A stretch of DNA of 64,000 bases from an uncultured Clostridia bacterium (GTDB taxonomy: Bacteria; Bacillota; Clostridia; Christensenellales; UBA1242). The notes under the pieces are model-generated. The model ran no database searches. It was not told where the DNA came from and saw only the letters and a program-made list of their open reading frames with translations. Below, piece by piece: positions 10,701 to 20,315 of this stretch (within the stretch, counting starts at the first letter, position 1; every line of letters begins with the position of its first letter). The position numbers and the translations under genes are program-made. The DNA is taken from positions 2,436 through 66,435 of the forward strand of contig CAKVGK010000002.1 in NCBI GenBank assembly GCA_934747385.1, written 5' to 3'.

Positions 10701-13700
10701 CAGCAATTCAATTTGCCAGCATTAACATTAAAATGCCATGTTGAAGTTAGCGAACCTGTTATAACAGACAATGTTTACATAACAAGCGAAACAAAGGTTG
10801 TTTCGGGCAGCGACAGCAAGCGCGTCATCAGTTTGACCGCAGGGCAAGAATACTTGATGGAAGTGGAATATTATTCCAATAAATTTGAAACTTTGCCAGT
10901 GAATGAGCGCAGAATAACAAACCCAGGCATTGTTATGCTTGTGGTTGATAAATTTGGCAATGTTCACAACAGTGTTGTAAGTGTGGACGGGAACAAACTT
11001 ATTGTGAGGGACAATTTCACATTGTCAACTGACTTAAGCGTAATCATTTTTGCAAAGGACGCATTGAGTGAAAAACTTTCTTATTCACAATACGATTTAA
11101 GCAATTTGTTCAAATATCTCATGAAAGAGCACAAAACTGCTTATCAAATCATAGATTTGGTTGTTTCAAACGGCACAGAGCAAAACCCTTATGCAATTTT
11201 TAACGAAAAAGACTTTTGGCAGATTGGTGATTCAAACTTGTCAAAAACAAAGTTCTATAGGCTTATGAATAACATTCATGTTAGTTCAACCAAATCTATT
11301 GATGGCTTTGAAGGGGGAATTGATAGTTATGGCAGTTCTTTATTCACAATTTATGGCTTAAAACTTAACAACTCTGTTAAAAACTTGTTTGTTGGTTTAA
11401 AAGGCAAAATCACAAATGTCAATTTTGAAGTCAATTTTGGTTATATCAACTATCAAGCAACTAATCAGGAGAAAGAACAAAACAATTTGGGACTTATAGA
11501 CATTGTTGACGAGGGTGCAACACTTGCAAACGTTTGCGTAACAGCAACAACTGGTAATGGCTTGGTTATTAATGGGCTGGTTTCTGGCGGCGTTAAAAAT
11601 TATGTTTACTTTGGCGTTTTGGTGGGCGTAAATAATGGCACAATCAAGTATACAAAAGAAACAATAATCGGTTCAAATTCAAGCATTGCAATTCGGGGCA
11701 ACAATTTGTACTTTGGTGGGCTTGTGGGATTAAACAATGGCGAAATTGTTGGCAAAAACGACAACAACCAAACCACTGCAAGCGGTGGTGGACAAGAAAT
11801 TAAGTTCACAAGTTTTGTGGAAGACCAAGGCGCTGTTTCTAGCGTTAGCATAGTTGCTTCTGGCTTTGAATATGGTGCATTGGGCGGTGTTGTTGGCTTG
11901 AACAAAGGCAAAATTTCCTGTGTTTACGCAACAGGCACAATCTTAACCCCTGCAGAAAAAATATTGAACAATGTTGGTGGCGTGATTGGTGAAAACAATC
12001 AAGCAGAAGCCAAAGTTCAGTTTGAACTTAATGGTAGCGAAATAGAAAAGATAACTTTGACAAATGAAAAAACATATTTAACCAAATTAAAATCCTCTGT
12101 TCAAATCAAGGCAAACAATAATGTTGGGGGCATAACGGGCGTGGACACATTTGGCATATATTCACAATGCAAATACCAAATTTTTGCAGGTTCAAAGTTT
12201 GGCATTCAAGCAAACAGCAATGTTGGCGGCATTGTGGGATATGCAAACAACACTGCGCTTGAATATTGCTCAACATATAGTTATCGTTGGGACTATTCTA
12301 ATCTCGAAACCATTGAAAGCCAAACAACAGAATTGGCAGATATCAGCGCAGATTCTGCCGTTTCGGGCTTAATTGGCTTTGCAAATTCAACAAATGACAC
12401 AATTGTGGCAGGTGTTGATTTACAAAATGTTGTAATCAAAAATTCAAGCGTCAATGCCTACGTGCTTGGCACAACAACTGCTCATGCTCTCATTGGTCAG
12501 CGTAATGATAAACCAAATGCTGTTTTGGATTGTTATTTCCTTGGCGGCATTAAAACTGGCGAGGGCAACACAGCAGGCTTTAAGGGTTCCAACAATGGTG
12601 CAAGCGAAAACGCAAACGTAAACTATGCGTATGTTATAAGAAGTTTGGTTAATGAAACAATTAATATAAAAAATGGAACAATAACTAATGCTGATGGGAG
12701 TGTTGCAAGAACAGGTTGGAGCAAAAATGAAAATTTAAACAGCAACCAGCCATATGTTTTGCAAAAAAATGAAACAATCAAACCAACCTTTGACGTTGCC
12801 CCAACAAGCATAACTTTGAAATTAAAAGACACTGCAGCGAAAGAATTTGGCGTAAAAGATGAAGAGAGTAATTATGTCAACAATTTAATTCGTATTGATT
12901 TGTTGGACTACAATTTGAATTCCAACGACGCAATTGAATATTACACCTCTCAAACAAAGAAAAACACACATAGCATTATTGCAGATATATTCACAATCAA
13001 AGCACAGCCAGCGGATTTGCTTAGCGAGGTTCGCTTAAAAGTTGACTCAACCAATTCTTCTATTTTAATGATTTCTAACGGAAACTTAATTGCTCGCTCA
13101 ACTGGTGTTGCTCAAATCAACTTCACCTCAGTTTTAAACCAAAATGTTAAATCAAAAGTTAATGTTGACGTTTCAAAACCATTTGGTGAAAAAGTGCAAT
13201 TCTACCTTTCCCGCGATGACGAAACTTTCTACGCTGACAGCACAGGCAACTCAACAATCAGTTTAACCCAAGGCGAAGCAGTGTTGTTGAACTACATTGC
13301 AATTGGCGGAACCGCTCCAGATATTGGTGGAGGCAATTATAGATACTTAACAAACGAAAAAGTGAATTTGCGCGTTAATGTTGAAGTGGCCAGCGGAAAT
13401 TTGGAAGATCGCAAAACAATCAGTGACTATTTATTGGTCAGTGGCTTCAATTTGAACAAAGATAATAGCGATAATTATTCTATTGTGTTGAATTACAACA
13501 CACCATTCAGCATAAAGGCAATTAGAAAGATTGAAAATGTTGAATTCAAATTCACAGTCACTCCATTCATAAATATCGGTGGAGGAGATAATTACCAATA
13601 CACAAAGAATTACGATAAACCTGTGGTTTTCAATGTTGAAACAGTAAGCGGCGTTTCTGCAATGGCTTTGGATAGCGAAAACATAATTCTTTACCCTAAC

Positions 13701-16700
13701 GACACAACCACAATAACAGCAATTTTAACCACGGACAAAGAACTTAAAACCAAAGAAGAACTATCTAAGTTAATTAATTACATTAAAATTAATGACACAA
13801 CTTTTGGAAGTGATTCTAGTGAAGTAAAAGGCTGTTTGAGTGTTAAAGAAGTTGGTACGTTTGATGAAGAAAGACACTCTCAAATTGTTAAATTCAATTT
13901 TGTTGTAACTGAAGCAATTCAAAAAATAATGAAAGACAATCAAACAAACACAATGTATATTAACTTTAAGGCATCAGGTTCTCTTGGCACAGGAGCAGAA
14001 AGCAGCATAAAATTCAACATTCTTAAACAACGCATTGATGAAATTGTTGTGCGTAACTATATTTATGAGCGCCTCACAAATGGAGATTTTGATTACACCA
14101 AATATTACGAAAACAACATTCTTCGCCCAATTGGTGAGGGCTTGATTACAATCGACATTGCTCCATTAAACGGCAATTTTGATTATCTTGAAATAAGCGA
14201 CATCACAGGCGCGGAAGAAATTGTGTTCGTTCAAACAGAGGGTGTTCATGGCAAACGAATTTTGGATAATGTTGAAAAGTCAACTGACCAAAAAGGCATA
14301 AGGCTGCAATCTTTAAGTGGTGGCGGCAAAGTTTATGTTGCAACCATGATTGACGCAAACTTCACAAACCGCAAACACATTGTTCAAGTTCGCGCATATG
14401 TTGACGGAATTGAAATTAAATCCACCACATTGCAAATTGACGTCAAAATGCTGCCAGAAGTTAACATTTATTTGGTTAATAAAGACGGCACTGTTAACCG
14501 CAACACGGTTGAAAACAATTACGTTGCGCAAAACACAACTGTTCGCTTTAAAGTTGAAACCAAAAATAGTGATGATATTGAGCCTATTGTAGAGGCAAAA
14601 ATTGGAAGTGCCATTCAATCAATAACAAACGAGGGCAATGGCTATTATTCAATCGCACTCGGTGCAAACGCTGGCAACAAGTTGGAAATTAAGGCAACCA
14701 CGCAACTCACTTTGAACAATGGCAACATTGAAGAAAGTTCAACCACTCAAGAATATGGAATTGAAAATTATGTAATCAACAACATAAGCGTAACCCACAG
14801 CACAACCAATGTGGTTGACGGCAAAAACATAACAAAAATTTACGGCAACTTGGGTGCAGACGTTCCAATTGAATTTTACTTTAAAAATGTGGACTTAACT
14901 TTTGAGGACGAACGATTTGAATATAAGGCAGATACCTATGACGAAACCGAAACAGATAAGGCAAAATTAGGTATTAGAAACTTTCTTAGCACGCTGAATA
15001 GTAAAGAAGTTTTAAACTATCTATCATTTGATTTCTCGCGAGTTGAACTTGATGATGACAAAATACTTGCACAACTAGCAGATAATGATTCAATAAAACT
15101 CAATTTCACAAACAATAAAGGCACAAGCGAGGAGAGAACTGAAACTATTGCAAGTGTTTGGTTTGACGGCACAGCAAAAACAATCAAAGTTAATATGTCC
15201 AGAGATTTTGACATTGATTTGACACTAACTTTGCCATTAAAAACTAAGGACAACAATTTTGTTATAACCAGCAATGAAGACGCAACAATAACACGCAAAT
15301 TTGTTTATCAGTTGGATTTTATTGAAGAAAGTTCATTCTTAGAGCCAATTGCAGTGAGAAGTGAAGAAGATTTCTTGAATATGTCCAGCGGCGGCGATTA
15401 CATTTTGGCAAAAGACTTGAACTTTGACGTATACACTCCAATTGATGTTAAATTAAATAGTTTTGACGGCAATGGTCACAAAATCACAATCAATAGTTTT
15501 GGTTTGTTTGAAGAGGCAAATATCAGCGCAGGTTTGTTCAAACAAGTTTATGAAAATATGGTTGTTATGAACCTGAATGTTGAATATAAAATCATGAGGT
15601 CAACCCCTTACGATTTGTGCAACAACTCAGCAAATGTGGATTATGTTGATGCAAGTTTCGGAGGCATAACTGCCAATAATAGCGGCGTAATCACAAATTG
15701 CAAAACTTTGGGTGAAATATATTTGTGTGCGTCCGTTGTTGAACAAGCAATTGAGGACGACGAAATCAGTTTCAACATTGCTGGCTTGGTTTGCAAAAAC
15801 TTGGGAACTGGTCGCATCACAAACTCAGTAAGTGAACTTCAAATCACTGCAAAAGCAAACATTGCAGGCGTGGTATGTTCAAACAGCGGCAAAATTGCCT
15901 CAACCTATTTCAATGCAAATAATGGTAAGGGCAGAATTTACGCTTACAACAATAACGTTACTGTTCCATATTTAATTCAAGTTGCAGGCTTTGCGCTTAA
16001 CAACGAAACTGACGGCGAAATTTCAATGTGCTATGTTGAGTCTGGCACACACGTGCGCAACGGCTCAAATATCGGCAATATTTCAGCAAAAGACTATTCT
16101 TCTGGCTTTGTTTACACAAACTCAGGCAGCATAGTGGATTGTTATGCAGATATCGAATTGATTGGCGAATCCAGCAACAACGATATTGCAGGCTTTGTTT
16201 ACAATAACACTGGCGAAGTTGAAAATTGTTATTCGTTTGTTAACAATGGCAAAAAGACCAACCTCATCAGCATGTTTGCACCTGAAAAAACCACAGGAAT
16301 CACAAATTGTTACGAAATTAAACAGGACGTTGCCGGTTACAAAAACAATGTTGAGGGTTTAACAACAATATCTTCACTCAACCGCACTCAAAAAGAGAGT
16401 TACCCTTCATTAATGTTTGGCAACAACATTAGTGCAGTGTGGACAAAATCTCCACAAGATTTGCCAAAACTTGTTTCAACACAAGAAAAGGTTGAATTTA
16501 GCGGCGAGGCTTTGAAAGATGAAGATAAGAATAAGGAATATCCAGAATATTATTATGGGCTTAAAACATTAAATCTTGAAGTTAAAGACATCCTTGATGA
16601 TTTAGGCAATATTATAAGGAAAGAATATAAATATAAAACCATTGCAAACAATTTTGGAGATAAACAAAACCCAATTTTAATTTATAATCTTGCAACTTGG

Positions 16701-18587
16701 AACTATTATTTAGGTCAAACAGAGCAGTCTAATTCTTACTATCAAAACACAAAATATTATTTCAGGCTGGTTAACGATATTGACTTTAGTTCAGTTTACG
16801 AAAACCCTACTTCAAGCGTTTGTGAGTTTAACGGCAATTTGCAAGGCAACAACATGGACGTTTCCAACTTCAAAATTTATTCCTCACAAAACTTAACAAA
16901 CATTGGTTTGTTCTCAGCTGTTAAGTCGCTTAACGACGCGGCTTTTGATTCAGTAGTGCGCAACATTCACTTGCTTCCAACAAGCGTAACCGCTTCAAGA
17001 ACGCAGGCAGTTGGTGTGCTTACAGGTTTGGCAGAAAACTTCAACCTTTACAACATTCAAGTTAACGCACAAGATTTAACCATTGTGGGCGGAAATGCAG
17101 TTGGAGGTGTGGCTGGTTTTGTTCGCGGCAAGTTCGATATAGACGGCATTTACTCAAACGTTGGCGCTTATTCAAGCCGCTCGCAGCAAGACAATAATTA
17201 CAGCATTTTCTTGTCAAAATATCAGCATTATGACTACATTTCAAGCAACCTTAGTTCAGTTTATTATGCAGGCAGTGCGTTTGGCATTTTGGATTCAAGC
17301 ATTCAAGATAACAAAACCTTGCTTAACTGGCAAATTCATCAAGACATGCAATTTGTAAGGCATGTTCAAGTTGAGTTAAACATAATCCTTTCTGGTGAAA
17401 CTGTTGGTGCACTCGTTGGCTTGGTTGGAAAAAATGTTGTGCTCACAAATTCAAAGTCAACAATCGCATCGGGCAATTTCGCGGGCTCTCAATATTCAGC
17501 CGGTCTGGTTGGTGAAAACCATGGCGTAATAAGTCAGGCTCAAGTTGAATTGAAAAGTGCGGATTTGTTCAAAAATTCGCCTGCAGTTTCAGCAGGTGCG
17601 GTGGGTTTGAATTTGAATGGTTTGATTGATAATGTAACCGTTTATGCGGAAATTTTAAAAACAAATCAATCAATTGTTGCAGGTTTGGTTGGTAGGAACT
17701 TAAAAGGTTATATCAGCAATGTTTCAGTTGACGGCTTGTTCAGCGGTTATCTTGTTGGAGGCATTGTTGGCGCAGATTATGACATAACAACCTTTGTTAA
17801 CAGGTCAATTTCTGGCGGTACAGGTGCAATACGCATCAACAGGTCAACGCTTGAAGATTTAACAAAAACCACATTTATAAACTTCAAAGAAAATGAATAT
17901 TTCAAAAATATGGCATTATCTAAGCAATGTGTTGACAATTTTATTTTAAATTCAGCGTCATATTACACTTTCAAAGAAGACACAAGCACAAAACAAGTTA
18001 ACATTATTGCAAAGAAAGTGCTTGGCTTGGCTGTTGGCGTAACCGACAAGGGCGATGATTATGACATTGTTTACGGCTACAACACTGTTAACAATCAACT
18101 CATTTTCAACGGCTCGTACAATATAAACGGCATTGGCGCAGTTAAATCGAATTACACAATAAACAACAAAGCCATTTGGTTTGGTTTGATGAATATAATC
18201 AACAACTATCAGTTGCCAGAAAAGTTCACTCAAAATTCAGTGGTGTTGTTTGCAGTCGGTGCAAAAGTTTCAAGTTTCGATTTGTGGCTTTACAACACTG
18301 GATACACAAACGAATGCTTTGCAATAGTTCGTGCTTCGGGTGGTGAGGATTCTTCGCAAGCAGTTATGGCAAGCATCGTTGCCAATGAAACAAATTCAGT
18401 TGTGTATATCAAAAAATCAACTGGCAACTTCTTCAAAATGTCAAAGGACGATAAATATTTGACAAACATAAATTTGAGTTCTATAGATTTGGCAGATTTA
18501 AGCACAATGTTAACAGACGCAGAAGATGAAAAAACCTATAAGTTTGTTCGCGACAACGATAACACAAAATTGTGGCAAATCTCATAA
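7782..18587 (+). CDS. Giant (3601 aa) surface lipoprotein with three GLUG-repeat modules
   Basis: Signal peptide with lipobox (LFSAC). Uninterrupted 10.8-kb ORF. Repeated (G/A)G(L/I/V)(V/I)G.N.G.I motifs lie in three blocks at about 11600-12400, 15650-16230 and 17000-17790. Confidence 0.8.
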   Translation: MKKTAKIICLILTLFVSALFSACKVNYNKLKISFCSSDGNSISQVRMIIDEEREESAKTKFAVQFDGIKQKNIGDVLIYSVPNDLVAIEETYLEDNKYFVNLQANIQGTGKIYAKHLTSGKTGAIDLVVDKKTKSLNKIVDEYIVAIPQTDSTQIFEFPFDELLGQDGTDKLGFRLASGQMPTGVELSFAGSSFDNAATGLQLSNNIEHNSSVTLYPVSFMQGYEAVTEYTTQAIKFTFVKALTNTSFVLDTDADHKQNGNLNLNNTVFHLIAKDTVQATGGNYQFNNIKFELKLNLGSDTELVSLINETQFGYLKDYYEIKWIVPEDFRNLLEVFEDEYTNIVIEAKDYAADIANIKIGLVPKCAGNLEEVFKQVQIKCDVKPTEFEISVQGKIQQNTGVKNVYNIDLYDYYNSADSALGASFTFKPLMEYSYADFKNIQIVVSPSILDVIRQENGKQIGTNTLNDIEGETLLDMASNRYLLQFYADGKPLEFDYSQQTGMAVSKQITYRDYLRRVQIKYTDMITEQDTKSLECKIQTCYSGDLEYLKKVGSTVATIQFNHKEGIKELTMYAGSLTKGSTGTDSVSTITDENNNRVKVENLYLDRNNSTINYVVYVNQILGDKNKVINRADINVKVIGGKNNPLKIVQNTTDATIGAGKTEIKYEYGNQSTNPPFNSIVLRLSFDENGKPITDVGNYSIVFTYADEEIYRINCLVYESLKSEQISLNVAGDSSLIANSSFDAAGQKTYKYAGYNADYIVKVDSQSKTTVTINLPEQFTNDYITGFTYNLVYCNNDNQIQEEVDINNYVLKLVANNKIELTFVKGTILEDKIGQIQLQIGIITQKFSNILQKGDTEINNNILKTFFAYEEITKDDISLTKTNVNGYWASMLSPYYKEGSENLSQMSVEVLLRDNTLWKYVQPQKQDEENSYNTIWFVNDNAEVVKKLEQTDNGIKLEFVGKQNSVSFDLFAQVQQFNLPALTLKCHVEVSEPVITDNVYITSETKVVSGSDSKRVISLTAGQEYLMEVEYYSNKFETLPVNERRITNPGIVMLVVDKFGNVHNSVVSVDGNKLIVRDNFTLSTDLSVIIFAKDALSEKLSYSQYDLSNLFKYLMKEHKTAYQIIDLVVSNGTEQNPYAIFNEKDFWQIGDSNLSKTKFYRLMNNIHVSSTKSIDGFEGGIDSYGSSLFTIYGLKLNNSVKNLFVGLKGKITNVNFEVNFGYINYQATNQEKEQNNLGLIDIVDEGATLANVCVTATTGNGLVINGLVSGGVKNYVYFGVLVGVNNGTIKYTKETIIGSNSSIAIRGNNLYFGGLVGLNNGEIVGKNDNNQTTASGGGQEIKFTSFVEDQGAVSSVSIVASGFEYGALGGVVGLNKGKISCVYATGTILTPAEKILNNVGGVIGENNQAEAKVQFELNGSEIEKITLTNEKTYLTKLKSSVQIKANNNVGGITGVDTFGIYSQCKYQIFAGSKFGIQANSNVGGIVGYANNTALEYCSTYSYRWDYSNLETIESQTTELADISADSAVSGLIGFANSTNDTIVAGVDLQNVVIKNSSVNAYVLGTTTAHALIGQRNDKPNAVLDCYFLGGIKTGEGNTAGFKGSNNGASENANVNYAYVIRSLVNETINIKNGTITNADGSVARTGWSKNENLNSNQPYVLQKNETIKPTFDVAPTSITLKLKDTAAKEFGVKDEESNYVNNLIRIDLLDYNLNSNDAIEYYTSQTKKNTHSIIADIFTIKAQPADLLSEVRLKVDSTNSSILMISNGNLIARSTGVAQINFTSVLNQNVKSKVNVDVSKPFGEKVQFYLSRDDETFYADSTGNSTISLTQGEAVLLNYIAIGGTAPDIGGGNYRYLTNEKVNLRVNVEVASGNLEDRKTISDYLLVSGFNLNKDNSDNYSIVLNYNTPFSIKAIRKIENVEFKFTVTPFINIGGGDNYQYTKNYDKPVVFNVETVSGVSAMALDSENIILYPNDTTTITAILTTDKELKTKEELSKLINYIKINDTTFGSDSSEVKGCLSVKEVGTFDEERHSQIVKFNFVVTEAIQKIMKDNQTNTMYINFKASGSLGTGAESSIKFNILKQRIDEIVVRNYIYERLTNGDFDYTKYYENNILRPIGEGLITIDIAPLNGNFDYLEISDITGAEEIVFVQTEGVHGKRILDNVEKSTDQKGIRLQSLSGGGKVYVATMIDANFTNRKHIVQVRAYVDGIEIKSTTLQIDVKMLPEVNIYLVNKDGTVNRNTVENNYVAQNTTVRFKVETKNSDDIEPIVEAKIGSAIQSITNEGNGYYSIALGANAGNKLEIKATTQLTLNNGNIEESSTTQEYGIENYVINNISVTHSTTNVVDGKNITKIYGNLGADVPIEFYFKNVDLTFEDERFEYKADTYDETETDKAKLGIRNFLSTLNSKEVLNYLSFDFSRVELDDDKILAQLADNDSIKLNFTNNKGTSEERTETIASVWFDGTAKTIKVNMSRDFDIDLTLTLPLKTKDNNFVITSNEDATITRKFVYQLDFIEESSFLEPIAVRSEEDFLNMSSGGDYILAKDLNFDVYTPIDVKLNSFDGNGHKITINSFGLFEEANISAGLFKQVYENMVVMNLNVEYKIMRSTPYDLCNNSANVDYVDASFGGITANNSGVITNCKTLGEIYLCASVVEQAIEDDEISFNIAGLVCKNLGTGRITNSVSELQITAKANIAGVVCSNSGKIASTYFNANNGKGRIYAYNNNVTVPYLIQVAGFALNNETDGEISMCYVESGTHVRNGSNIGNISAKDYSSGFVYTNSGSIVDCYADIELIGESSNNDIAGFVYNNTGEVENCYSFVNNGKKTNLISMFAPEKTTGITNCYEIKQDVAGYKNNVEGLTTISSLNRTQKESYPSLMFGNNISAVWTKSPQDLPKLVSTQEKVEFSGEALKDEDKNKEYPEYYYGLKTLNLEVKDILDDLGNIIRKEYKYKTIANNFGDKQNPILIYNLATWNYYLGQTEQSNSYYQNTKYYFRLVNDIDFSSVYENPTSSVCEFNGNLQGNNMDVSNFKIYSSQNLTNIGLFSAVKSLNDAAFDSVVRNIHLLPTSVTASRTQAVGVLTGLAENFNLYNIQVNAQDLTIVGGNAVGGVAGFVRGKFDIDGIYSNVGAYSSRSQQDNNYSIFLSKYQHYDYISSNLSSVYYAGSAFGILDSSIQDNKTLLNWQIHQDMQFVRHVQVELNIILSGETVGALVGLVGKNVVLTNSKSTIASGNFAGSQYSAGLVGENHGVISQAQVELKSADLFKNSPAVSAGAVGLNLNGLIDNVTVYAEILKTNQSIVAGLVGRNLKGYISNVSVDGLFSGYLVGGIVGADYDITTFVNRSISGGTGAIRINRSTLEDLTKTTFINFKENEYFKNMALSKQCVDNFILNSASYYTFKEDTSTKQVNIIAKKVLGLAVGVTDKGDDYDIVYGYNTVNNQLIFNGSYNINGIGAVKSNYTINNKAIWFGLMNIINNYQLPEKFTQNSVVLFAVGAKVSSFDLWLYNTGYTNECFAIVRASGGEDSSQAVMASIVANETNSVVYIKKSTGNFFKMSKDDKYLTNINLSSIDLADLSTMLTDAEDEKTYKFVRDNDNTKLWQIS

Positions 18588-18602
18588 ATTTTGATGTTCA
18601 AG

Positions 18603-18630
18603 TTGACAAATTTTGCACATGGTATATAAT
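18603..18630 (+). promoter_or_regulatory. Sigma-A-type promoter placing the TSS on the queH ATG (leaderless)
   Basis: TTGACA (18603-18608), 16-nt spacer, TATAAT (18625-18630), then 6 nt to the ATG at 18637. No SD. Confidence 0.55.
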
Positions 18631-18636
18631 ATTTGC

Positions 18637-19221
18637 ATGAAGATTGACTACAACAAATTAATGCACGAAGAAATAAGTAGTTTTGGTTCAATAAAGCCAA
18701 AACTACTTTTGCATTGTTGTTGTGCGCCTTGTTCAACAGCAGTTATTGAAAAACTTGCAAAGCATTTTGAAATAACATTTTTCTTTTACAATCCCAATAT
18801 ATTCCCAAAGCAGGAATTTGATTTGCGCAAAAGCCAGTTTGAAAAACTTGGTGTTCAGGTTGTGGACATTGGTTATAACCACCAAGAATTTGTTGATTTG
18901 GTACATGGCTTGGAAGCAGAGCCTGAAGGTGGTGCCCGCTGCCGAATTTGCATTGCGGATAGGCTGGACAAAGCATTTAATTATGCCATTGCAAACAATT
19001 TTGACATTGTGACCACAACACTTTCAATCAGTCCGCACAAAGACGCACAATTCATCAACCAACTTGGAGAAATAAATGAAAAAAAGTATGGCATAAAATT
19101 TCTTCATGCTGATTTCAAAAAGGAAGATGGCTATCTCAGGTCAATTCAAATATGCAAAGAAAAGCAGATTTATAGGCAGGACTATTGCGGTTGCGAATTT
19201 TCAAAAAATAATAAGGACTAA
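18637..19221 (+). CDS. queH: Epoxyqueuosine reductase QueH
   Basis: KPKLLLHCCCAPCS and the C-terminal YRQDYCGC motif are typical of QueH (DUF208). Confidence 0.85.
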   Translation: MKIDYNKLMHEEISSFGSIKPKLLLHCCCAPCSTAVIEKLAKHFEITFFFYNPNIFPKQEFDLRKSQFEKLGVQVVDIGYNHQEFVDLVHGLEAEPEGGARCRICIADRLDKAFNYAIANNFDIVTTTLSISPHKDAQFINQLGEINEKKYGIKFLHADFKKEDGYLRSIQICKEKQIYRQDYCGCEFSKNNKD

Positions 19222-19241
19222 CACGCTTTGGCGTGTTTTTT
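19220..19241 (+). terminator. Rho-independent terminator after queH
   Basis: AACACGC-TTTG-GCGTGTT followed by a T-run. Confidence 0.7.
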
Positions 19242-19260
19242 CTTGCTGGCTTTGCCAAAA

Positions 19261-19290
19261 TTAACATTCTAAAAAATCAAGTCATATAAA
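19261..19290 (+). promoter_or_regulatory. Possible promoter for alr (weaker, leaderless geometry)
   Basis: TTAACA, 18-nt spacer, TATAAA, then 5 nt to the ATG at 19296. No SD. Confidence 0.3.
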
Positions 19291-19295
19291 AATTT

Positions 19296-20315
19296 ATGTT
19301 CAATAAATTTGTTATATATAAAAAGAATTTAATCAATAACATAAATCAAATCAAGGCAAAAAATTCACAAACTAAGATTTGTGCCATGGTCAAAGCAAAC
19401 GCTTATGGGGTTGGCGAGCAACAAGTGGTCAAAATTTTGAATAAGTATGTGGATTTTTTTGGTGTTGCTAACTATGTTGAGGCTTTAAAAATCAAAAACC
19501 TTACAAATAAAAAAATTTTAATAACTTCAGCGTTAGATATTACTCACATTAACAAGCGTTTTTCTTACACTTGCAATAGTCTGCAAGACATTGAATCCCT
19601 TGCAAATTTGAACAAAAAAATAAATATTCATCTAAAAATCAATTCAGGCATGAATCGATTTGGCATTTCATCAATTGAAGAGGCAAAGCAGTGCTTGCAA
19701 AAAATTGCAGAAAGTAAGTTGATTTTAGAAGGAGTGTACACCCATTTTGCCACAACGGACGAATATGTTTCTGTTCAACTTAAAACTTTCCATAAATATG
19801 TTGCGTTAACACAAAAAATGGGGTTTAACCCAATTTTTCATGCAGATAACAGCCATGTTTTTGACAAATTCAATCACAACTTCCAAATGGTGCGCATAGG
19901 TTTTAATTTATATAACAGTAGTGAATTAAACTACAAACCCGTTGTTGAAATAAAAACCCAAATAGTGCAAACCAACATTGTTAAAAAAGGTCAATTGGTT
20001 GGTTACGACAGGCGTTTTGTTGCCTCAACCCGCAGGGTTGTGGCAGTTTTGCCCTTAGGTTATGCCGATGGTTTTGACATGCGATATTTGGGATTAAAGT
20101 TGAATATTTCTGGTTCATTGTGCAAAGTTTTGAATATTTGCATGGATTGTTTTATGTTGGACATAACCAAAACAAACTTAAAAAAAGGTGACAGAATTTC
20201 AATTTTAAATTCTGCCAACCCTTTGAGTTTATATGCCAATTATTCGTCAACCAGCGAATATGAGGTTATGTGTAAATTCGGAAATTTGCGTGCTGATAGG
20301 TTGGTTGAAAATTAA
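19296..20315 (+). CDS. alr: Alanine racemase
   Basis: AMVKANAYGVG (PLP lysine motif), THFA and GYADG motifs. Confidence 0.9.
   Translation: MFNKFVIYKKNLINNINQIKAKNSQTKICAMVKANAYGVGEQQVVKILNKYVDFFGVANYVEALKIKNLTNKKILITSALDITHINKRFSYTCNSLQDIESLANLNKKINIHLKINSGMNRFGISSIEEAKQCLQKIAESKLILEGVYTHFATTDEYVSVQLKTFHKYVALTQKMGFNPIFHADNSHVFDKFNHNFQMVRIGFNLYNSSELNYKPVVEIKTQIVQTNIVKKGQLVGYDRRFVASTRRVVAVLPLGYADGFDMRYLGLKLNISGSLCKVLNICMDCFMLDITKTNLKKGDRISILNSANPLSLYANYSSTSEYEVMCKFGNLRADRLVEN

Noticed and set aside
8041-18505. Numerous 60-100-aa ORFs on both strands inside the giant lipoprotein gene
   Set aside because: All are nested within a single uninterrupted 3601-codon frame with consistent repeat architecture. 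None has an RBS or recognisable motifs.
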